From: a bacterium
GTDB taxonomy: Bacteria > Patescibacteriota > CPR2 > UBA1875 > JAJYID01
Direction: 5' to 3'
Assembly (NCBI GenBank): GCA_030647205.1
Contig: JAUSJO010000005.1
Coordinates: 10,523 to 74,522, forward strand
Length of the DNA: 64,000 bases
Below, piece by piece: positions 1 to 12,500 of the stretch. Under the pieces are notes generated by a model. The model made no database searches, was not told the origin of the DNA, and saw only the letters and a program-made list of their open reading frames with translations. A program made the position numbers and the translations under genes. The stretch's first letter is position 1, and each line of letters begins with the position of its first letter.

Positions 1-615
1 AAGGGAACAAAACTGCTTCTTGGTGCCCAAAACGTGGCGGAGGAGGAGAAAGGTGCTTATACCGGTGAAGTCTCTATCTTAGCGTTGAAGGGCTTCGTCA
101 AATACGTACTTGTTGGGCACTCAGAAAGAAGAAATATTTTCGGAGAAAATGACAAGGTTGTGGCGAAGAAAGCAGAAATAGTTGTCCGTCATGATATGGT
201 GCCGGTGATATGTATCGGTGAGACTCTCCACGAGAGAGAAGATGGTCTTTCAAAGGTGGTTACATTGTCTCAGCTTGAAGCTTCTTGCAAACATCTGACA
301 GGTGAAGAAATAGCAGAGAGCGTCATTGCCTATGAACCTGTTTGGGCTATTGGGACCGGTCAAGTTTGTGATGAGAAGGAGGCGGAGAAAATGGCAGCAG
401 ATATACGTGGGCTCATTCATTCTCTCTATGGGGAAAAGGCAGCTGAGAAGGTCAGAATCCTATATGGCGGAAGTGTGACTGGGAAAAGTGCGAAAGAAAT
501 GAAGGCTGCGAAAAATATTGACGGACTACTTGTTGGTGGCGCCAGTCTTGATCACAAAGAATTTACGGCAATAGTGAAGAATTATAGTTCGGAAATCTCA
601 GTCAAAAAAGGCTAA
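1..615 (+). CDS. tpiA: Triosephosphate isomerase, 5'-partial (gene begins upstream of the window)
   Basis: Frame 1 is open from nt 1 and reads KGTKLLLGAQNVAEEEKGAYTGEVS, with the TIM motifs GAQN and AYTGE. Downstream it reads VLVGHSERR, AYEPVWAIGTG, YGGSV and LVGGASL. The GTG at 34 is an internal codon, not the start. Confidence 0.9.
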   Translation, partial: KGTKLLLGAQNVAEEEKGAYTGEVSILALKGFVKYVLVGHSERRNIFGENDKVVAKKAEIVVRHDMVPVICIGETLHEREDGLSKVVTLSQLEASCKHLTGEEIAESVIAYEPVWAIGTGQVCDEKEAEKMAADIRGLIHSLYGEKAAEKVRILYGGSVTGKSAKEMKAAKNIDGLLVGGASLDHKEFTAIVKNYSSEISVKKG

Positions 616-618
616 TAA

Positions 619-954
619 ATGACAAAAAAAGTTAAAGTTCTTCTTGGAATATTAAGTATTTTACCTCTTATCACTGCTTTTGTAGTGCTTGGTCTTTTTG
701 TATATGCTGAATTTAATACACAGTCTTGGAGTGATGCAGATTTATTATTATTTATTATTGCTATATTGGTTGCTAATATATTCTATTATATGTCTCTTAT
801 TATTTTTATTATTAATATCTTTAAAAACGAAAAAGTACCAAAAAATCTTCAAATTGTCTGGCTTCTGCTTTTTTTGTTCTTTGGATATTATGTATTTCCC
901 GTCTATTGGTACCTATATATTTGGAGAGATAAGAGAGGAGGAGAGAGAAAATGA
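619..954 (+). CDS. Small polytopic membrane protein, PLDc_N-like (phospholipase-D N-terminal-type small membrane protein)
   Basis: ATG is 1 nt after the tpiA stop. The protein is hydrophobic, with the segment IVWLLLFLFFGYYVFPVYWYLYIWRDK. It ends in a 4-nt ATGA overlap with fba, preceded by a GGAGAGAGAAA RBS. The alternative-frame ORF 689..1018 is rejected. Confidence 0.5.
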   Translation: MTKKVKVLLGILSILPLITAFVVLGLFVYAEFNTQSWSDADLLLFIIAILVANIFYYMSLIIFIINIFKNEKVPKNLQIVWLLLFLFFGYYVFPVYWYLYIWRDKRGGERK

Positions 955-1814
955 TTGTTACGGCAAAAGATCTATTAACAAAAGCCAAAGAGGGCAAGTA
1001 CGCTGTCGGGGCGTTTAATACTTCAAGCTTAGAGATAACAAAAGGTATACTTCAGGCAGCGTATGAGCTAAAAACACCGGTTATTATCGAAACCTCGGAA
1101 GGGGAAGCAAACTTTGAAGGGTATCAAGTATTTGTTGATACGGTGCGTGATATAGCGGAGGAATTGGCAATAGACGTGGCAATTAACCTCGACCATGGAA
1201 AAAGTTTGGAATCAGTGAAGTATGCCATCGACTCAGGATACTCTGCTGTACACATAGATTGTTCAAAGATGGATTTAGCAGCTAATACTGATCTAACAAA
1301 ACAGGTAGTAGAAGTTGCTCATGCTCATAAAGTTTCGGTTGAAGGGGAACTGGGATATATAGGAGGAAGTTCGGAGGTGCATGAAGGTGAACAGCCAAAA
1401 CAGGAAATCATATTTACCGATCCGAAGGAGGCAGGGGAGTATATTAAAGCAACAGGGATTGATATCTTTGCCGGTTCATACGGCAATGTTCACGGTATTT
1501 ACAAAAATGAACCAAAACTTGATATAGAGAGAATAAAGAAAATATCCGATGTCTCGGGTATCCCGCTATCTTTACATGGTGGGTCTGGGATACCGGAAGG
1601 CCAGATAAAAGATGCTATTGGCGCAGGTATCTGTAAGATAAATGTAAATACGGAGATAAGAAAAGCATATAGAGAAGCGCTGGATAAAGCTTTAAGAGGG
1701 AAGAATGCGGAAATAGTACCGTATAAGTATCTCCCGGAAGCGATAAACGCTGTCAAAGAAGTGGTAAAAAAGAAAATCACCCTTTTTTCAAACGGCCACA
1801 TTTTTACAGAATAA
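951..1814 (+). CDS. fba: Class II fructose-1,6-bisphosphate (or tagatose-bisphosphate) aldolase
   Basis: N-terminus MIVTAKDLLTKAKEGKYAVGAFN. Later segments include ELKTPVIIETSEGE, LDHG and GSYGNVHG. Length is 287 aa. Confidence 0.85.
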   Translation: MIVTAKDLLTKAKEGKYAVGAFNTSSLEITKGILQAAYELKTPVIIETSEGEANFEGYQVFVDTVRDIAEELAIDVAINLDHGKSLESVKYAIDSGYSAVHIDCSKMDLAANTDLTKQVVEVAHAHKVSVEGELGYIGGSSEVHEGEQPKQEIIFTDPKEAGEYIKATGIDIFAGSYGNVHGIYKNEPKLDIERIKKISDVSGIPLSLHGGSGIPEGQIKDAIGAGICKINVNTEIRKAYREALDKALRGKNAEIVPYKYLPEAINAVKEVVKKKITLFSNGHIFTE

Positions 1815-1843
1815 AAAATTTATTCAACGTCAACTTTATAAAA

Positions 1844-1868
1844 ATTCGGTAGTTTCTACCGGATTTTT
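1844..1868 (+). terminator. Intrinsic terminator after fba
   Basis: AAAAATTCGGTAGTTTCTACCGGATTTTTG gives a 9-bp stem with one mismatch, a 3-nt loop and a T5 run. Confidence 0.5.
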
Positions 1869-2029
1869 GAATATGCGATATTTTTTTGTCCAATATTTTT
1901 TTAATCTAAAAACCCCTTGCATTATGTATGCATAAACTCTATTATTTTATGAGGAAAATAAATATAAAAACCCGCACACTGTTAATAAGGTATGGGTCAA
2001 GCAAAAACAAAAGGTAAACTTGGGGGGAT

Positions 2030-5000
2030 ATGCAAGTTTCAGCATACAAGAGCTTAGTCATAAAGACACTTATTCTAGCAGCCATACTCATGCTTGTGAG
2101 CGGCTCTTTTATTTATTTTATTACCCTCAAAAAAGTTGACCAGAAGTATAAAAACCAGCAAAGCAAGGGCGGCAGCGTACCTATCTCAGCCGAGGGACTC
2201 AAAGACGACTTCATTTCCCTTCAGCAGGAAACAGGCAGTCCGCAAGAAGGTGGCCTAAACATTACAGGCAATATCCAAACGCAAGGTTCTGTACAAGGTT
2301 CATCTGTGAGTGCCGACAGTTTGAATATCGGGAGTCTCTCGGGGACTCTAAAAGCTAACCAGGGAGTAGTCTCCGGAGGAGCCACAACCTCAGATGTGCC
2401 GGAAGGTGACAACCTTTACTATACAGATGAAAGAGCTAGGCAGGCCCAGGGTAGTAGTGCTAAAAATACGGATGATATTACAGAGGGTACAAACAAATAC
2501 TATACAGATGAAAGAGCAAGAAGCTCTATCTCCGGCAGCTCATCAATCAATTACAATTCCACAACCGGTGCTGCTTCTCTCTCAAACAGCGGAGTTACCT
2601 CAGGGACTTATGGTGACAGCACTCATGTCGGACAATTCACAGTAGATGCGCAGGGAAGAGTGACATCAGCAGCAACGGTACTCATTACCGGAGCCGCACC
2701 AACCGGAGCAGCAGGCGGAGATCTCACCGGCAACTATCCAAATCCAACCATCAGCAACTCTTGGGGTGGTACAACAGGGATAAATACACTGGGAACTATC
2801 ACTACCGGAACATGGAACGGCACAGCTATCCAAGACACATACATAGCAACATCAGCCAACTGGAACACGGCTTACTCTGAAAGAAATCAGTGGGACGGCG
2901 GAGCAACAGGACTGGTTGCCGCAACCGGTAGAACTTCCCTTGGTCTTGGATCTTTAGCTACACTGAGCTCTGTTAATAACGGCAACTGGTCAGGAACTGC
3001 TCTTGCAGTTGCAAACGGCGGAACCGGAGCAACTGATGCGGCAGGGGCTAGGACAAATCTGGGGCTAGGCAGTGTCGAGAATACAGCTCTTTCGACTTGG
3101 GCGGGTTCATCGAATATTACGACCCTTGGGACAATAGGGACGGGTATCTGGAATGGTGCAGCCATTCAAGATGCAAATATCGCCTCATCTGCAAACTGGA
3201 ATACGGCCTACTCGGAAAGAAATCAGTGGGATGGAGGTTCGACAGGGCTAACCGCGGTAACCGGTAGAACATCGCTTGGTCTTGGCGATATTGCCACTCA
3301 GAGCTCTTCCGCAGTTTCCATTAGTGGTGGAGCGATCACGGGGACAACAACATTCAACGCCGGGGCAGTAACCTCTTCTGGAGTCGTGCAAGGAACAGCG
3401 GTTATCTCGCCGAGTGTTTATGGGTCGTCATCGGCTTCGGGGAATTTGTCTATCGAAAGTACCTCAAACGCAACCAAGGGTAATATTGCTATTGCTAGCA
3501 ATGGCGGCAATGTTGGTGTAGGTACAGCTACTCCGGATGAAAGGCTAACCATTGCCGGCAATGTAAAACAAGTTGCTTCGGGTAATCCAACTGTTCAGTC
3601 TACTTATACTTCAGGGACGGCCACAGCAGGCGGGGTTTATGTCTCCGGAAACTATGCTTATCTGGCCGCTATGGGCGATGGACTTCTTGTTTCAAATATT
3701 TCAAACCCTTCATCTCCTGTGACGGTCGGGTCATATAACACGGATGGTTACGCCATTGACGTTTATGTCTCCGGCAAGTACGCCTATGTCGGCGAAACAA
3801 ACGGTTTGAAGATTATTGATATTTCAAATCCCGCGGTTCCCACACAAGTTGGTTCGTATGCCACGGCTGGATTGATAGAAAGCGTATATGTCGTAGGCAA
3901 GTACGCCTACCTTGCGAGTAATACCGCCGAAAACAAACTTTTGATAGTTGATATCTCAAACCCGGCCAGCCCGACCTTGAAGGGTTCGTACACTGCGACA
4001 GAAGGACCTGTTGGAGTATATGTAAATGGTAACTACGCTTATATCGCAGAAGGTGACATGAGTGCTCCTTATACATCGTCGCACTTAACGGTTGTAAATA
4101 TTTCAAACCCGGCCAGCCCAACCTTAGCCAGCACAGTTGTTATAAGCGGTGAAGCCGAAGAGGTATACCAGTCCGGAGGATACGTTTATGTTAGTATTTG
4201 GGATAAAGATAGTAACTTAGCATCTCGTATCGAAGTATATGATGTTTCTAATCCATCTGTTGCGCCGGTACTAAAAGACTCACAAACCGTCAGTGGTGAG
4301 GCGGCGTGGGGACTATATGTATCCGGTAAATATGCGTATGTGGCGGTGACAGACGTGACCGATCCCTGGACAGAGTCAAAACTTGAAGTGTTTGACATTT
4401 CCAATCCATCGGCTATTAGCACTATAGGCTCTGTGAGTGTTCTCGGGTCGCCTTGGAACCTGAAGGTATCCGGTAAATACGCATATGTAACAGCCCTTAA
4501 CGCTGCCGGAAGCCCAATGCAGATTATAAATATCAATGGGATGGAAGCATCTGCTCTCAGCGTTGGCAATGTACAAAGTGGTAACATTATAGTGACGGAA
4601 AATATGGATATCGGTAATACGCTCTCTGTCAAAAGCGGCATAAGTGTAGGCAGCCAAGGCATAAACAGTGCGGGAAGGCTGAGTGTAGGCAATGAGGCTT
4701 ATTTTCAGGGTAATGTAGGTATCGGTGATACAACACCTCTTTCGCTCTTTACAGTAGGTAGTGGGGATCTATTCCAGGTTAACTCGTCCGGACAAATCGC
4801 TGCGGTAGCCGGATATACTCAAGGTTCAGGTAACTTCGCCATCTCAGGCGCAGGAACATTTACTACCGGAACAGGGGCGATTTCACTACAGGGGGCAACA
4901 ACGATTGCGGCAGGGAAGAACCTTGCTTTAGCTTCTGGTACAGGTACCTTTGCTCAAACATACACAGGCACTGCGACTGCAGGAACTATTACAGCGAACT

Positions 5001-8000
5001 CACTTACGTCCGGAAAGATTCTATCTCTTACATCTTCCTCTACCGCGGCATCAACGGGAAACACAGGACTGAATATTGCTATATCGGGTGCCAATGGAAC
5101 TGCCGGTATTACGCGTTATGGCATGCAGTCTGCGGTGACGGCCACAGGTGCAACCAGTACCAATGTTGGCGGATATTTCTCAGCTTCCGGGGCAACGAAT
5201 AACTATGGGTTGGTTGTTAGCTCTGGTAGTGTTGGTATCGGCACAGTAACTCCGAACGAAAAACTAACTGTCACTGGCGGGACGATACTACAAACTATTT
5301 CGACTGACCCTGTAGTTGTAGGATCGTTAACTGATGCTGACATGAGTGGTGTTATGGGAGTCAAGGTGGTAGACAGATATGCTTATGCGGCATCGTATAG
5401 TTCAGGTACTCTTACTATTTTAGATGTTTCAAATCCAGCAAGTCCGGTGAAAAAGGGAGTTGCCAGAGGGGTCACGGCTGCAGTTGGTGTACAAGTCGTC
5501 GGTCAGTATGCATATGTAACTGAATATGCCACAGAAGGGGGGATGACGGTGGTTGACGTCTCTAACCCAACTTTACCAGTTGTAGTTGGCAAAGTTGGCG
5601 GTCTAGACCATGCATTGCATATATCTGTGTCAGGTAAATATGCATATGTTACTGCCGCAGGAAATAGCGCGACAGGGAACAAGATGGTTGTTATTGATAT
5701 CTCCAATCCTGAACTGCCAATCATAGTGGGAACCCTTAAAGACGATACGCACTTATACAAGGCCGACGGTCTATGGGTGGCTGGTAAATATGCTTATGTG
5801 GAGTCCCATTATGCTGTGGGAGAGTTAGCTCCGGACCCTGATGCTGACTATCTGAACGTTGTTGATATCTCAGATCCAACCAACCCAACACTAGTGTCGT
5901 CTTACTTAAGGGCTGAGTTTTCTGGAGCCGATGAGATGTATATTTCCGGCAGGTACGCATATCTTTGCGGGCTTTATTCGGACACCTTCTCCGTAGTTGA
6001 TATTTCCAATCCTAAGAGCTTATCAATAGTAGGTTCGGTACAGGATCACACGCGTCTTGACTTCATGCCTTGGACTTATGTGTCCGGTAAATATGCTTAT
6101 GTAGGGGGTAACAGTGGTGTGACAGTGCTGGATATTTCAAATCCAACAGCACCGGTCATAGTCGGAAATAACAACACAGTAACCGGCATTGACGAAGTAT
6201 ATGTATCGGGTAGATACATATATGCCGCAGCAAGTACAAATCTTTCCATATTAGATATTTTTGGTACGGATCTGCCATCTGCAAATATTGGTAATCTCAC
6301 TGTTACGGCCGCTCAGGTTGACGTGAATATAGTCGTCGGAAATGACGCATATGTAAAAAATGGTTTAAATGTAGGTGAAGGTGGGATTTTCACAAATGGC
6401 GAAATAAGCGCAGGCGGAGAAGTTACCACGCCCGGAGTTGTCATCGCAGAAACGATACCTAAGTTGCCTACAACATTCGCTGATTCTGTCGGTTTTGGAA
6501 GTACTACACCCACCTCAGTATTTGTTCAGGGAGAATTTGCATACGTTGTGAACCAGACCTATGATCTTCTTCTCATATATAATAAAGCAGATCTGGGTAC
6601 AGTTCTAGGATTTGTTGCCGTAGGCACCAACGCAAGCGCCAACCCAACATCAGTTTTTGTTCAGGGCAGTTATGCGTATGTAGCAAACAATAATAATGGA
6701 ATCGAGGTATTTGATGTTTCTAACCCGGCCGTACCAGCGAAGCGGGGGAATGCGGGGTTTGCAAGCTATAGCCCCACCTCAGTCTATGTCCAGGGCAACT
6801 ATGCATACTGGGTAAACCAAGCCTATGATTATATTTTGATCCATGATATATCAAACCCGAACTCACTTGTATTTAAAGGGTCGGTGCTCTCCGGCACTGA
6901 TCCCACCTCAGTCTTTGTTCAGGGTAACTATGCTTACATTACTAACAGCGCTGACGGCCTTAAGGTAGTCGATATCTCAAGCCCTACCGCCCCAGTTGAT
7001 GTCGGGAATGTAGGTCTGGCTGGAGCGCTGCCAAAGTCTGTTTATGTCCAAGGCAAGTATGCTTACATGGTCGGTCAAACAGCTGATACGCTCATAGTTT
7101 ATGATGTGTCTAACCCTGTCTCACCTACAAATATTGGCAGTATCGCCGCGGGCACTAATCCTACATCCGTTTTCGTCCAAGGCAGCTATGCCTATGTGAC
7201 CGATAGCGGTAAGCTCAAGGTGTATGACGTTTCTACGCCCAGTGCTCCTGCGAGCTTAGGGGACGTGTCCTCTGGCACAAATCCCACATCAGTTTTTGTT
7301 CAGGGGCAATACGCCTATGTGACCAATACTACTGACCAGCTATACAAGTTTGATATGGGTTCATATAACCAAGGTATTAGCACGGGCGGTCTAGATGTTA
7401 ATAAGGCACATGTTCATGGCAATGTGGATATAGTAACTGATACCGATGCCACGGCTACAGCAGTAAGAACCGGTACTACTGTCACGAGCGTGACTATAAC
7501 AAGTGGCGGTTCCGGGTATACTAAGGTGCCAAACGTATTCTTCAAAGGGGGTGCGGGTAGCGGAGCAGCTGCTCATGCTGTACTTACAAATGGTGTGGTT
7601 ACAAGCATTGTGGTTGATGCTGTTGGGTCTGGGTACACTTCTACCCCGACGGTTTACATAGAAGGGGGGAAAGGATTTTCATATAATGGCGATCTCTTGG
7701 TTGATGTCGCAAAAGTGGCTGGGAATGTAAAGATCATTGTTCCTTTGGCGGATACGACAGATGTTACTCCAAATGTTCATAATACCGCAATAGGATCGGG
7801 AGCATTTAGAGATAATACAACTGGTTACTATAATACAGCCGTGGGTACTGACGCTGGCATGATGTGGACGACTGGTTACTATAATACTGCTCTTGGTGCT
7901 TGCGCCGGAGACCATATACAGGGCGGCTATTCAAACACTGCTGTTGGCATGGGGGCGCTGTCGGGACCGATTGGTGGTACAAGTGCAAGTATGAACTCAG

Positions 8001-9403
8001 CATTTGGAGATAATGCTCTCACATCTAACACTGGCAATGGGAACACAGCTCTTGGCTACCAAGCAGGGAAAGCAAATACATCGGGTGCATATAATACTTT
8101 TATTGGCTATAATGCCGGATATACCGGCACAGCTGCAACGCTTCAGAAGGCGGCGGCCATTGGTTATAATGCTCAAGTCACTCAAGACAGCAGCATAGTC
8201 TTTGGTGGCACTGGTGTAGATGCGGTCAAAGTCGGCATAGGGTTAACAGCACCAACAGAGGTTCTGGATGTAGTAGGCAACATCAACATAAGTTCAGGTA
8301 GTAGCGTTAAAACTAATGGCCAGATATTTTTAAGAAATACAGGGGCCGCAGATTCCCCCGGATATAGCGATTATTCCAATATATTGCTTGGTGTTAATAG
8401 CGGCGCCAATCTTGCTCCAGCCGCAGGATGGTTAGGGGTTGCAAATACTGCAATCGGCAGAAATACGCTAAACGGCGTTACAACGGGTAGTAACAACGTA
8501 GCCATTGGGCTGGGAACAATGAATGGGGCGGGTACTACCGCTACTAGTAATACGGCTCTTGGTATGGGCGCGGGGGCTACTCTTCAGGGCAATCAGAATG
8601 TATTTATAGGTGATAACTCAGGTGGAGCTATTACGGGTTCGGGTAATGTAATGATTGGATATCAGGCCGGCAAACAAGCGGTTCAAACTGCTGTTTCAAA
8701 CAAGCTTTACATAGATAACTCAAATGACTCCACGCCGCTTATTTATGGTGATTTTAGTACTGATGCAATCACTATAAATGGAACCTTGGCATCAGGAACG
8801 GTGAATGGTCAGACCGTATCATCCAGCGCGAACTTTACGGGGACTGTCACGGTGGCTACATCTGTTTCAACTCCAACCATTACAACTTCGGGCGCCGGTA
8901 TATCATTTAACTCAAAGAATTTAACAAATGTGGGAACTATCGCTTCAAGTACTATCAATGGCCAAACTATATCTACATCGGCAAACTTTACCGGCACGCT
9001 CGCAGTTTCAAGTACTTCTTTGTTTAGTGCCAACATAACCGTAAATGGTCACATTATTACGGGTAATGCCAGTGGTACTACTACGGTAGCTGTCGGTGCT
9101 GCTGCAGGAACGGGTGGAAGTGTTGGGGCGAGCATTGTGGGTAATGATACTGCCGGATATGTGACAATTACCACGGGGAACGCTTTAACCACTACCACGG
9201 GCACTATGGCAACCGTTACTTTTGCAAATGCTTATGGGGCTACGCCAAAGGCAGTGATTCTGACGCCGCAAGGCAATACAAACGGATCAAGTGTTAACTA
9301 TTATGTAGGTAGTGCCGGAACTACAACATTTACCATAAATACAGGAACAGTCCCTACGGGTGGAGGTAACACCTATATCTACAACTATATGATTATGCAG
9401 TAG
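2030..9403 (+). CDS. Giant surface protein (2457 aa) with an N-terminal signal-anchor, tail-fibre-like G/T/N-rich repeats, three blocks of LVIVD beta-propeller repeats and C-terminal Hep_Hag-like NTAxG repeats
   Basis: GGGGGG RBS 8 nt upstream. A TM helix lies at residues 12-32. The units GKYAYV...VDISNPASP and SVFVQGxYAYV...DVSNP recur more than 20 times and match the LVIVD consensus. Segments [20 protein letters not shown] and NTAVGxxAG are present. No internal stops over 7.4 kb. Confidence 0.8.
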   Translation: MQVSAYKSLVIKTLILAAILMLVSGSFIYFITLKKVDQKYKNQQSKGGSVPISAEGLKDDFISLQQETGSPQEGGLNITGNIQTQGSVQGSSVSADSLNIGSLSGTLKANQGVVSGGATTSDVPEGDNLYYTDERARQAQGSSAKNTDDITEGTNKYYTDERARSSISGSSSINYNSTTGAASLSNSGVTSGTYGDSTHVGQFTVDAQGRVTSAATVLITGAAPTGAAGGDLTGNYPNPTISNSWGGTTGINTLGTITTGTWNGTAIQDTYIATSANWNTAYSERNQWDGGATGLVAATGRTSLGLGSLATLSSVNNGNWSGTALAVANGGTGATDAAGARTNLGLGSVENTALSTWAGSSNITTLGTIGTGIWNGAAIQDANIASSANWNTAYSERNQWDGGSTGLTAVTGRTSLGLGDIATQSSSAVSISGGAITGTTTFNAGAVTSSGVVQGTAVISPSVYGSSSASGNLSIESTSNATKGNIAIASNGGNVGVGTATPDERLTIAGNVKQVASGNPTVQSTYTSGTATAGGVYVSGNYAYLAAMGDGLLVSNISNPSSPVTVGSYNTDGYAIDVYVSGKYAYVGETNGLKIIDISNPAVPTQVGSYATAGLIESVYVVGKYAYLASNTAENKLLIVDISNPASPTLKGSYTATEGPVGVYVNGNYAYIAEGDMSAPYTSSHLTVVNISNPASPTLASTVVISGEAEEVYQSGGYVYVSIWDKDSNLASRIEVYDVSNPSVAPVLKDSQTVSGEAAWGLYVSGKYAYVAVTDVTDPWTESKLEVFDISNPSAISTIGSVSVLGSPWNLKVSGKYAYVTALNAAGSPMQIININGMEASALSVGNVQSGNIIVTENMDIGNTLSVKSGISVGSQGINSAGRLSVGNEAYFQGNVGIGDTTPLSLFTVGSGDLFQVNSSGQIAAVAGYTQGSGNFAISGAGTFTTGTGAISLQGATTIAAGKNLALASGTGTFAQTYTGTATAGTITANSLTSGKILSLTSSSTAASTGNTGLNIAISGANGTAGITRYGMQSAVTATGATSTNVGGYFSASGATNNYGLVVSSGSVGIGTVTPNEKLTVTGGTILQTISTDPVVVGSLTDADMSGVMGVKVVDRYAYAASYSSGTLTILDVSNPASPVKKGVARGVTAAVGVQVVGQYAYVTEYATEGGMTVVDVSNPTLPVVVGKVGGLDHALHISVSGKYAYVTAAGNSATGNKMVVIDISNPELPIIVGTLKDDTHLYKADGLWVAGKYAYVESHYAVGELAPDPDADYLNVVDISDPTNPTLVSSYLRAEFSGADEMYISGRYAYLCGLYSDTFSVVDISNPKSLSIVGSVQDHTRLDFMPWTYVSGKYAYVGGNSGVTVLDISNPTAPVIVGNNNTVTGIDEVYVSGRYIYAAASTNLSILDIFGTDLPSANIGNLTVTAAQVDVNIVVGNDAYVKNGLNVGEGGIFTNGEISAGGEVTTPGVVIAETIPKLPTTFADSVGFGSTTPTSVFVQGEFAYVVNQTYDLLLIYNKADLGTVLGFVAVGTNASANPTSVFVQGSYAYVANNNNGIEVFDVSNPAVPAKRGNAGFASYSPTSVYVQGNYAYWVNQAYDYILIHDISNPNSLVFKGSVLSGTDPTSVFVQGNYAYITNSADGLKVVDISSPTAPVDVGNVGLAGALPKSVYVQGKYAYMVGQTADTLIVYDVSNPVSPTNIGSIAAGTNPTSVFVQGSYAYVTDSGKLKVYDVSTPSAPASLGDVSSGTNPTSVFVQGQYAYVTNTTDQLYKFDMGSYNQGISTGGLDVNKAHVHGNVDIVTDTDATATAVRTGTTVTSVTITSGGSGYTKVPNVFFKGGAGSGAAAHAVLTNGVVTSIVVDAVGSGYTSTPTVYIEGGKGFSYNGDLLVDVAKVAGNVKIIVPLADTTDVTPNVHNTAIGSGAFRDNTTGYYNTAVGTDAGMMWTTGYYNTALGACAGDHIQGGYSNTAVGMGALSGPIGGTSASMNSAFGDNALTSNTGNGNTALGYQAGKANTSGAYNTFIGYNAGYTGTAATLQKAAAIGYNAQVTQDSSIVFGGTGVDAVKVGIGLTAPTEVLDVVGNINISSGSSVKTNGQIFLRNTGAADSPGYSDYSNILLGVNSGANLAPAAGWLGVANTAIGRNTLNGVTTGSNNVAIGLGTMNGAGTTATSNTALGMGAGATLQGNQNVFIGDNSGGAITGSGNVMIGYQAGKQAVQTAVSNKLYIDNSNDSTPLIYGDFSTDAITINGTLASGTVNGQTVSSSANFTGTVTVATSVSTPTITTSGAGISFNSKNLTNVGTIASSTINGQTISTSANFTGTLAVSSTSLFSANITVNGHIITGNASGTTTVAVGAAAGTGGSVGASIVGNDTAGYVTITTGNALTTTTGTMATVTFANAYGATPKAVILTPQGNTNGSSVNYYVGSAGTTTFTINTGTVPTGGGNTYIYNYMIMQ
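2800..3300 (+). repeat. Intragenic tandem duplication (~165 nt units, ~75% nt identity) encoding [46 protein letters not shown]
   Basis: Read directly: about 2806-2968 versus about 3130-3292. Confidence 0.6.
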
Positions 9404-9579
9404 CATGCTTTATACGGCTATCGATCTGGCACTCTAATTTATAGAATAAATAATTTATTCATCGCCAAAATTTAAATAATTCGGTATTTTTGCCGGATTA
9501 TTTATTTTCTAAATAAACCTTTAAGCCCTTGACTCGTTGGTAGAAAAACCATTATTATTGTGCTGTAATTAAAATAGAT

Positions 9580-12500
9580 ATGATCCTTGGGGTTATGAAG
9601 GCCATAAAAATAAAAAAGCTATTGATAAAATGTTTTCTTCTAGTTGCAGTACTTGTGATTGGTGGGTATTTTTCAGTGTTCCAGCTTGCCATCCAAAAGG
9701 CTGAAGAAGTTCGACATAAAAATCAAACCGAACTCACCAATACAAAACAGAAGTTAGACCAGGATATTCAGGCAGTAAAGAAAGATTTATCTTCATCTAT
9801 AACAAACAGAGGATATACAGAGATGAGCGCAGATCAGTTTACTTCGAAAGAAATAACATCTGGGCAGATTACTTCGGGTCAACTGACAGCATCAAGCGGC
9901 GTAAACATACAGGGTAGTCTTGCGGCAGATAGTCCGGTTCAGTCATCCGCTACTCTGGCGGCAAGTGTAGACCCAGGGACCATTTCCATATATCATGACG
10001 GATCGAACGGACACGTGGAAACTAATAGGGGGAGTATATTTCTTACGCCCGCAAACGGCTATCTAAGATCGGATGGCAATCTTTACCCTAAAACAAACAA
10101 CACTTACAACCTTGGTGTTTCTGGCTGGATGTGGAAAGACATTTACCTCCAAGGGAGTCTCCGGGATAGCGGCAACTCAGCGGCTGGGGTCACTGTTGCA
10201 GATTTGAGAAATGCGAAAAACCATATGTATACAAACGGATCAAGTCACTCTTGGCTTGGCCAAAGCTTAAGGATAGAAAACTCGCCGACGTTTAGGGGAC
10301 TTACATTAAACGGAAACTTATCTCTCGGGACAAATACCTTAACCACTACAAACGCTACGGTTGTAGCCAATCTGAATGCAGACACTTTGGACGGTTATCA
10401 TGCTGCCGATCTTCTAAGCGGAGTTTTGCCTCCCGGGGGAACAACATCTGACTATTTGAGAGGAGACAATACGTGGCAAGCTTTGAATTCATCGGCCGTT
10501 CAGGGTCTTGGGGCACTTGCAACCATTGATACGATTAACAACGGACAATGGTCAGGGACAGCTCTCTCGGTTGCAAATGGTGGTACGGGCGCTACTCTTG
10601 CAGTAGACGCGAGGACGAACCTGGGGCTTGGTACTTTGGCAGTTGAAGATGCCGCAACTTGGGCAGGATCAACGAGCATTGCGACAGTCGGAACCATTAC
10701 GACAGGCACTTGGAACGCAGGAGCCCTAACTTCCTCGGGAGCTATACAGGGCACATCATTGAATATTTTTGGGAACGCTGATGCAACGCATGTTATTGTT
10801 AGGGCGAATGCCACACAAAGTAATACTAATCCGCTTATCAGCATCCAGGCAAGCGATGGTGCAGAACTATTTAGAATTCATTCAGATGATATAGACAATA
10901 TATTCATAGGACGTGACGCAGGTATGAACAATGTTGCAAATCCGAGTACTAGCGCAGGTAACTACAATACTTTTCTGGGATATACTGCAGGAAGGAATAA
11001 TACATCAGGACATTACAATACTTACCTAGGAAACAGATCAGGTGCCCTCACAACCTCGGGAGATCACAATACCTTTGTTGGGATGCAGTCAGGGTATAAC
11101 AACACAACTGGGCAATATAATAATTTTTTTGGCATAACGGCCGGCCAAGACTTAACTGATGGAGATCATAATTTGGCATTAGGTTCTTACGCTCAGTTTG
11201 GTTTGGTAACTGGTGAAAGTAACATGTCTATTGGTAACTATGCAGGCTATAACAGACTTCTGGCTAGAGCGAACATACTACAAGGATACGGCGCTGGCGG
11301 TTCAGGAAAAGCCGGTGCCTATAATACGGCTGTTGGAGATAATACTTTATATAACGATTATACGGGGATGGGTAATGCGTCATTTGGTGCTTATTCTTTA
11401 TATAATAATAAAGGGACAAGTGATAGAAGCATAACCGGTTTTAGCGCCAGTGGTGGAAATACAAAAGTTACGACACTTACTAGTCACGGTCTTCAGGTCA
11501 GTGACTCGGTATTTATAGCATTTAATGATACTACTCAAACTGAAGTTACAAAATCAGGGAAGTACACAGTTTTAACTGTTCCCGATGCCACAAGCTTCAC
11601 AATTAGCAAAACTTACGATTCTGCAAATGATAAGAAGGGATGGTGGGAACGAGGAGCAACCTTCTCTGATAATGGAAGCGGTAAAGTAAGGGTAATTTCA
11701 AACAATCATGGTGTTCCTAACGGAGGCATGGTAGCTCTTGGTTACAGCGGAACCGGAGTTACGGGAGGTTATTATAAGGGCTTGCAGGTGGCAACTCTGG
11801 TTGATGCTAATACATTTGATTTGACAGATCTAAGCTATACAGCAAGCGTTACTTCCGGTTGGTTTTTTTATGAAGATGACGCTATAAATAACACGGCAAT
11901 CGGAACTTTGGCGGGATATGCAAATACTACCGGTATAAATAATACATTTCTTGGATATAAATCAGGAATGACGTCTACTGCGACTCTCCAGAATGCCGCA
12001 GCGATTGGCTACAATGCTCAAGTCACTCAGAATAGCTCCATTGTTCTTGGTGGTACAGGGGCTGACGCTGTTAATATCGGGATAGGGACTACGGCTCCTC
12101 TCGAAAAGATACATGTTGACCATGGTAATATGCGACTTGATCAAGAAGCGGCTCCCGGAGCACTAACAGCAACCGTAACTGCGACAGCGGGCAATCCAAA
12201 TGGTACTTACCAATATGCCGTTACTTTTGTGACCGCCGATGGCGAAACTGAGGCTGGTACCGCTAGTACGGCTGTGTCCCCAGCTCTTAAACAGGTTAGT
12301 TTGACAAATATCCCTCTTGGTTCAAGTAAAGTAACTGCTAGAAAGATTTATAGGAGTTCAGAGGGGGAACATTGGGCGGGATATACAAATAAAGTGAGAA
12401 ATGCCAAACTAGTCACTACTCTTGCCAATAATACAGCGACGACATATACGGATAATGTTGCCGATGGATCGCTTGGCGCCGCCGCCCCATACAATAATAC

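Noticed and set aside
689-1018. 109-aa ORF in an alternative frame overlapping 619..954 and the fba start
   Set aside because: It is a low-complexity translation of an AT-rich membrane-protein gene in the wrong frame. The 619..954 frame has the PLDc_N-like motif and clean start/stop coupling to the neighbouring genes.
3700-7300. Regular periodic DNA repeats (ISNPASP/YAYV units) that could superficially resemble a CRISPR array
   Set aside because: They are in-frame protein repeats (LVIVD blades) with variable spacing and no conserved direct-repeat/spacer structure. No cas genes are present.
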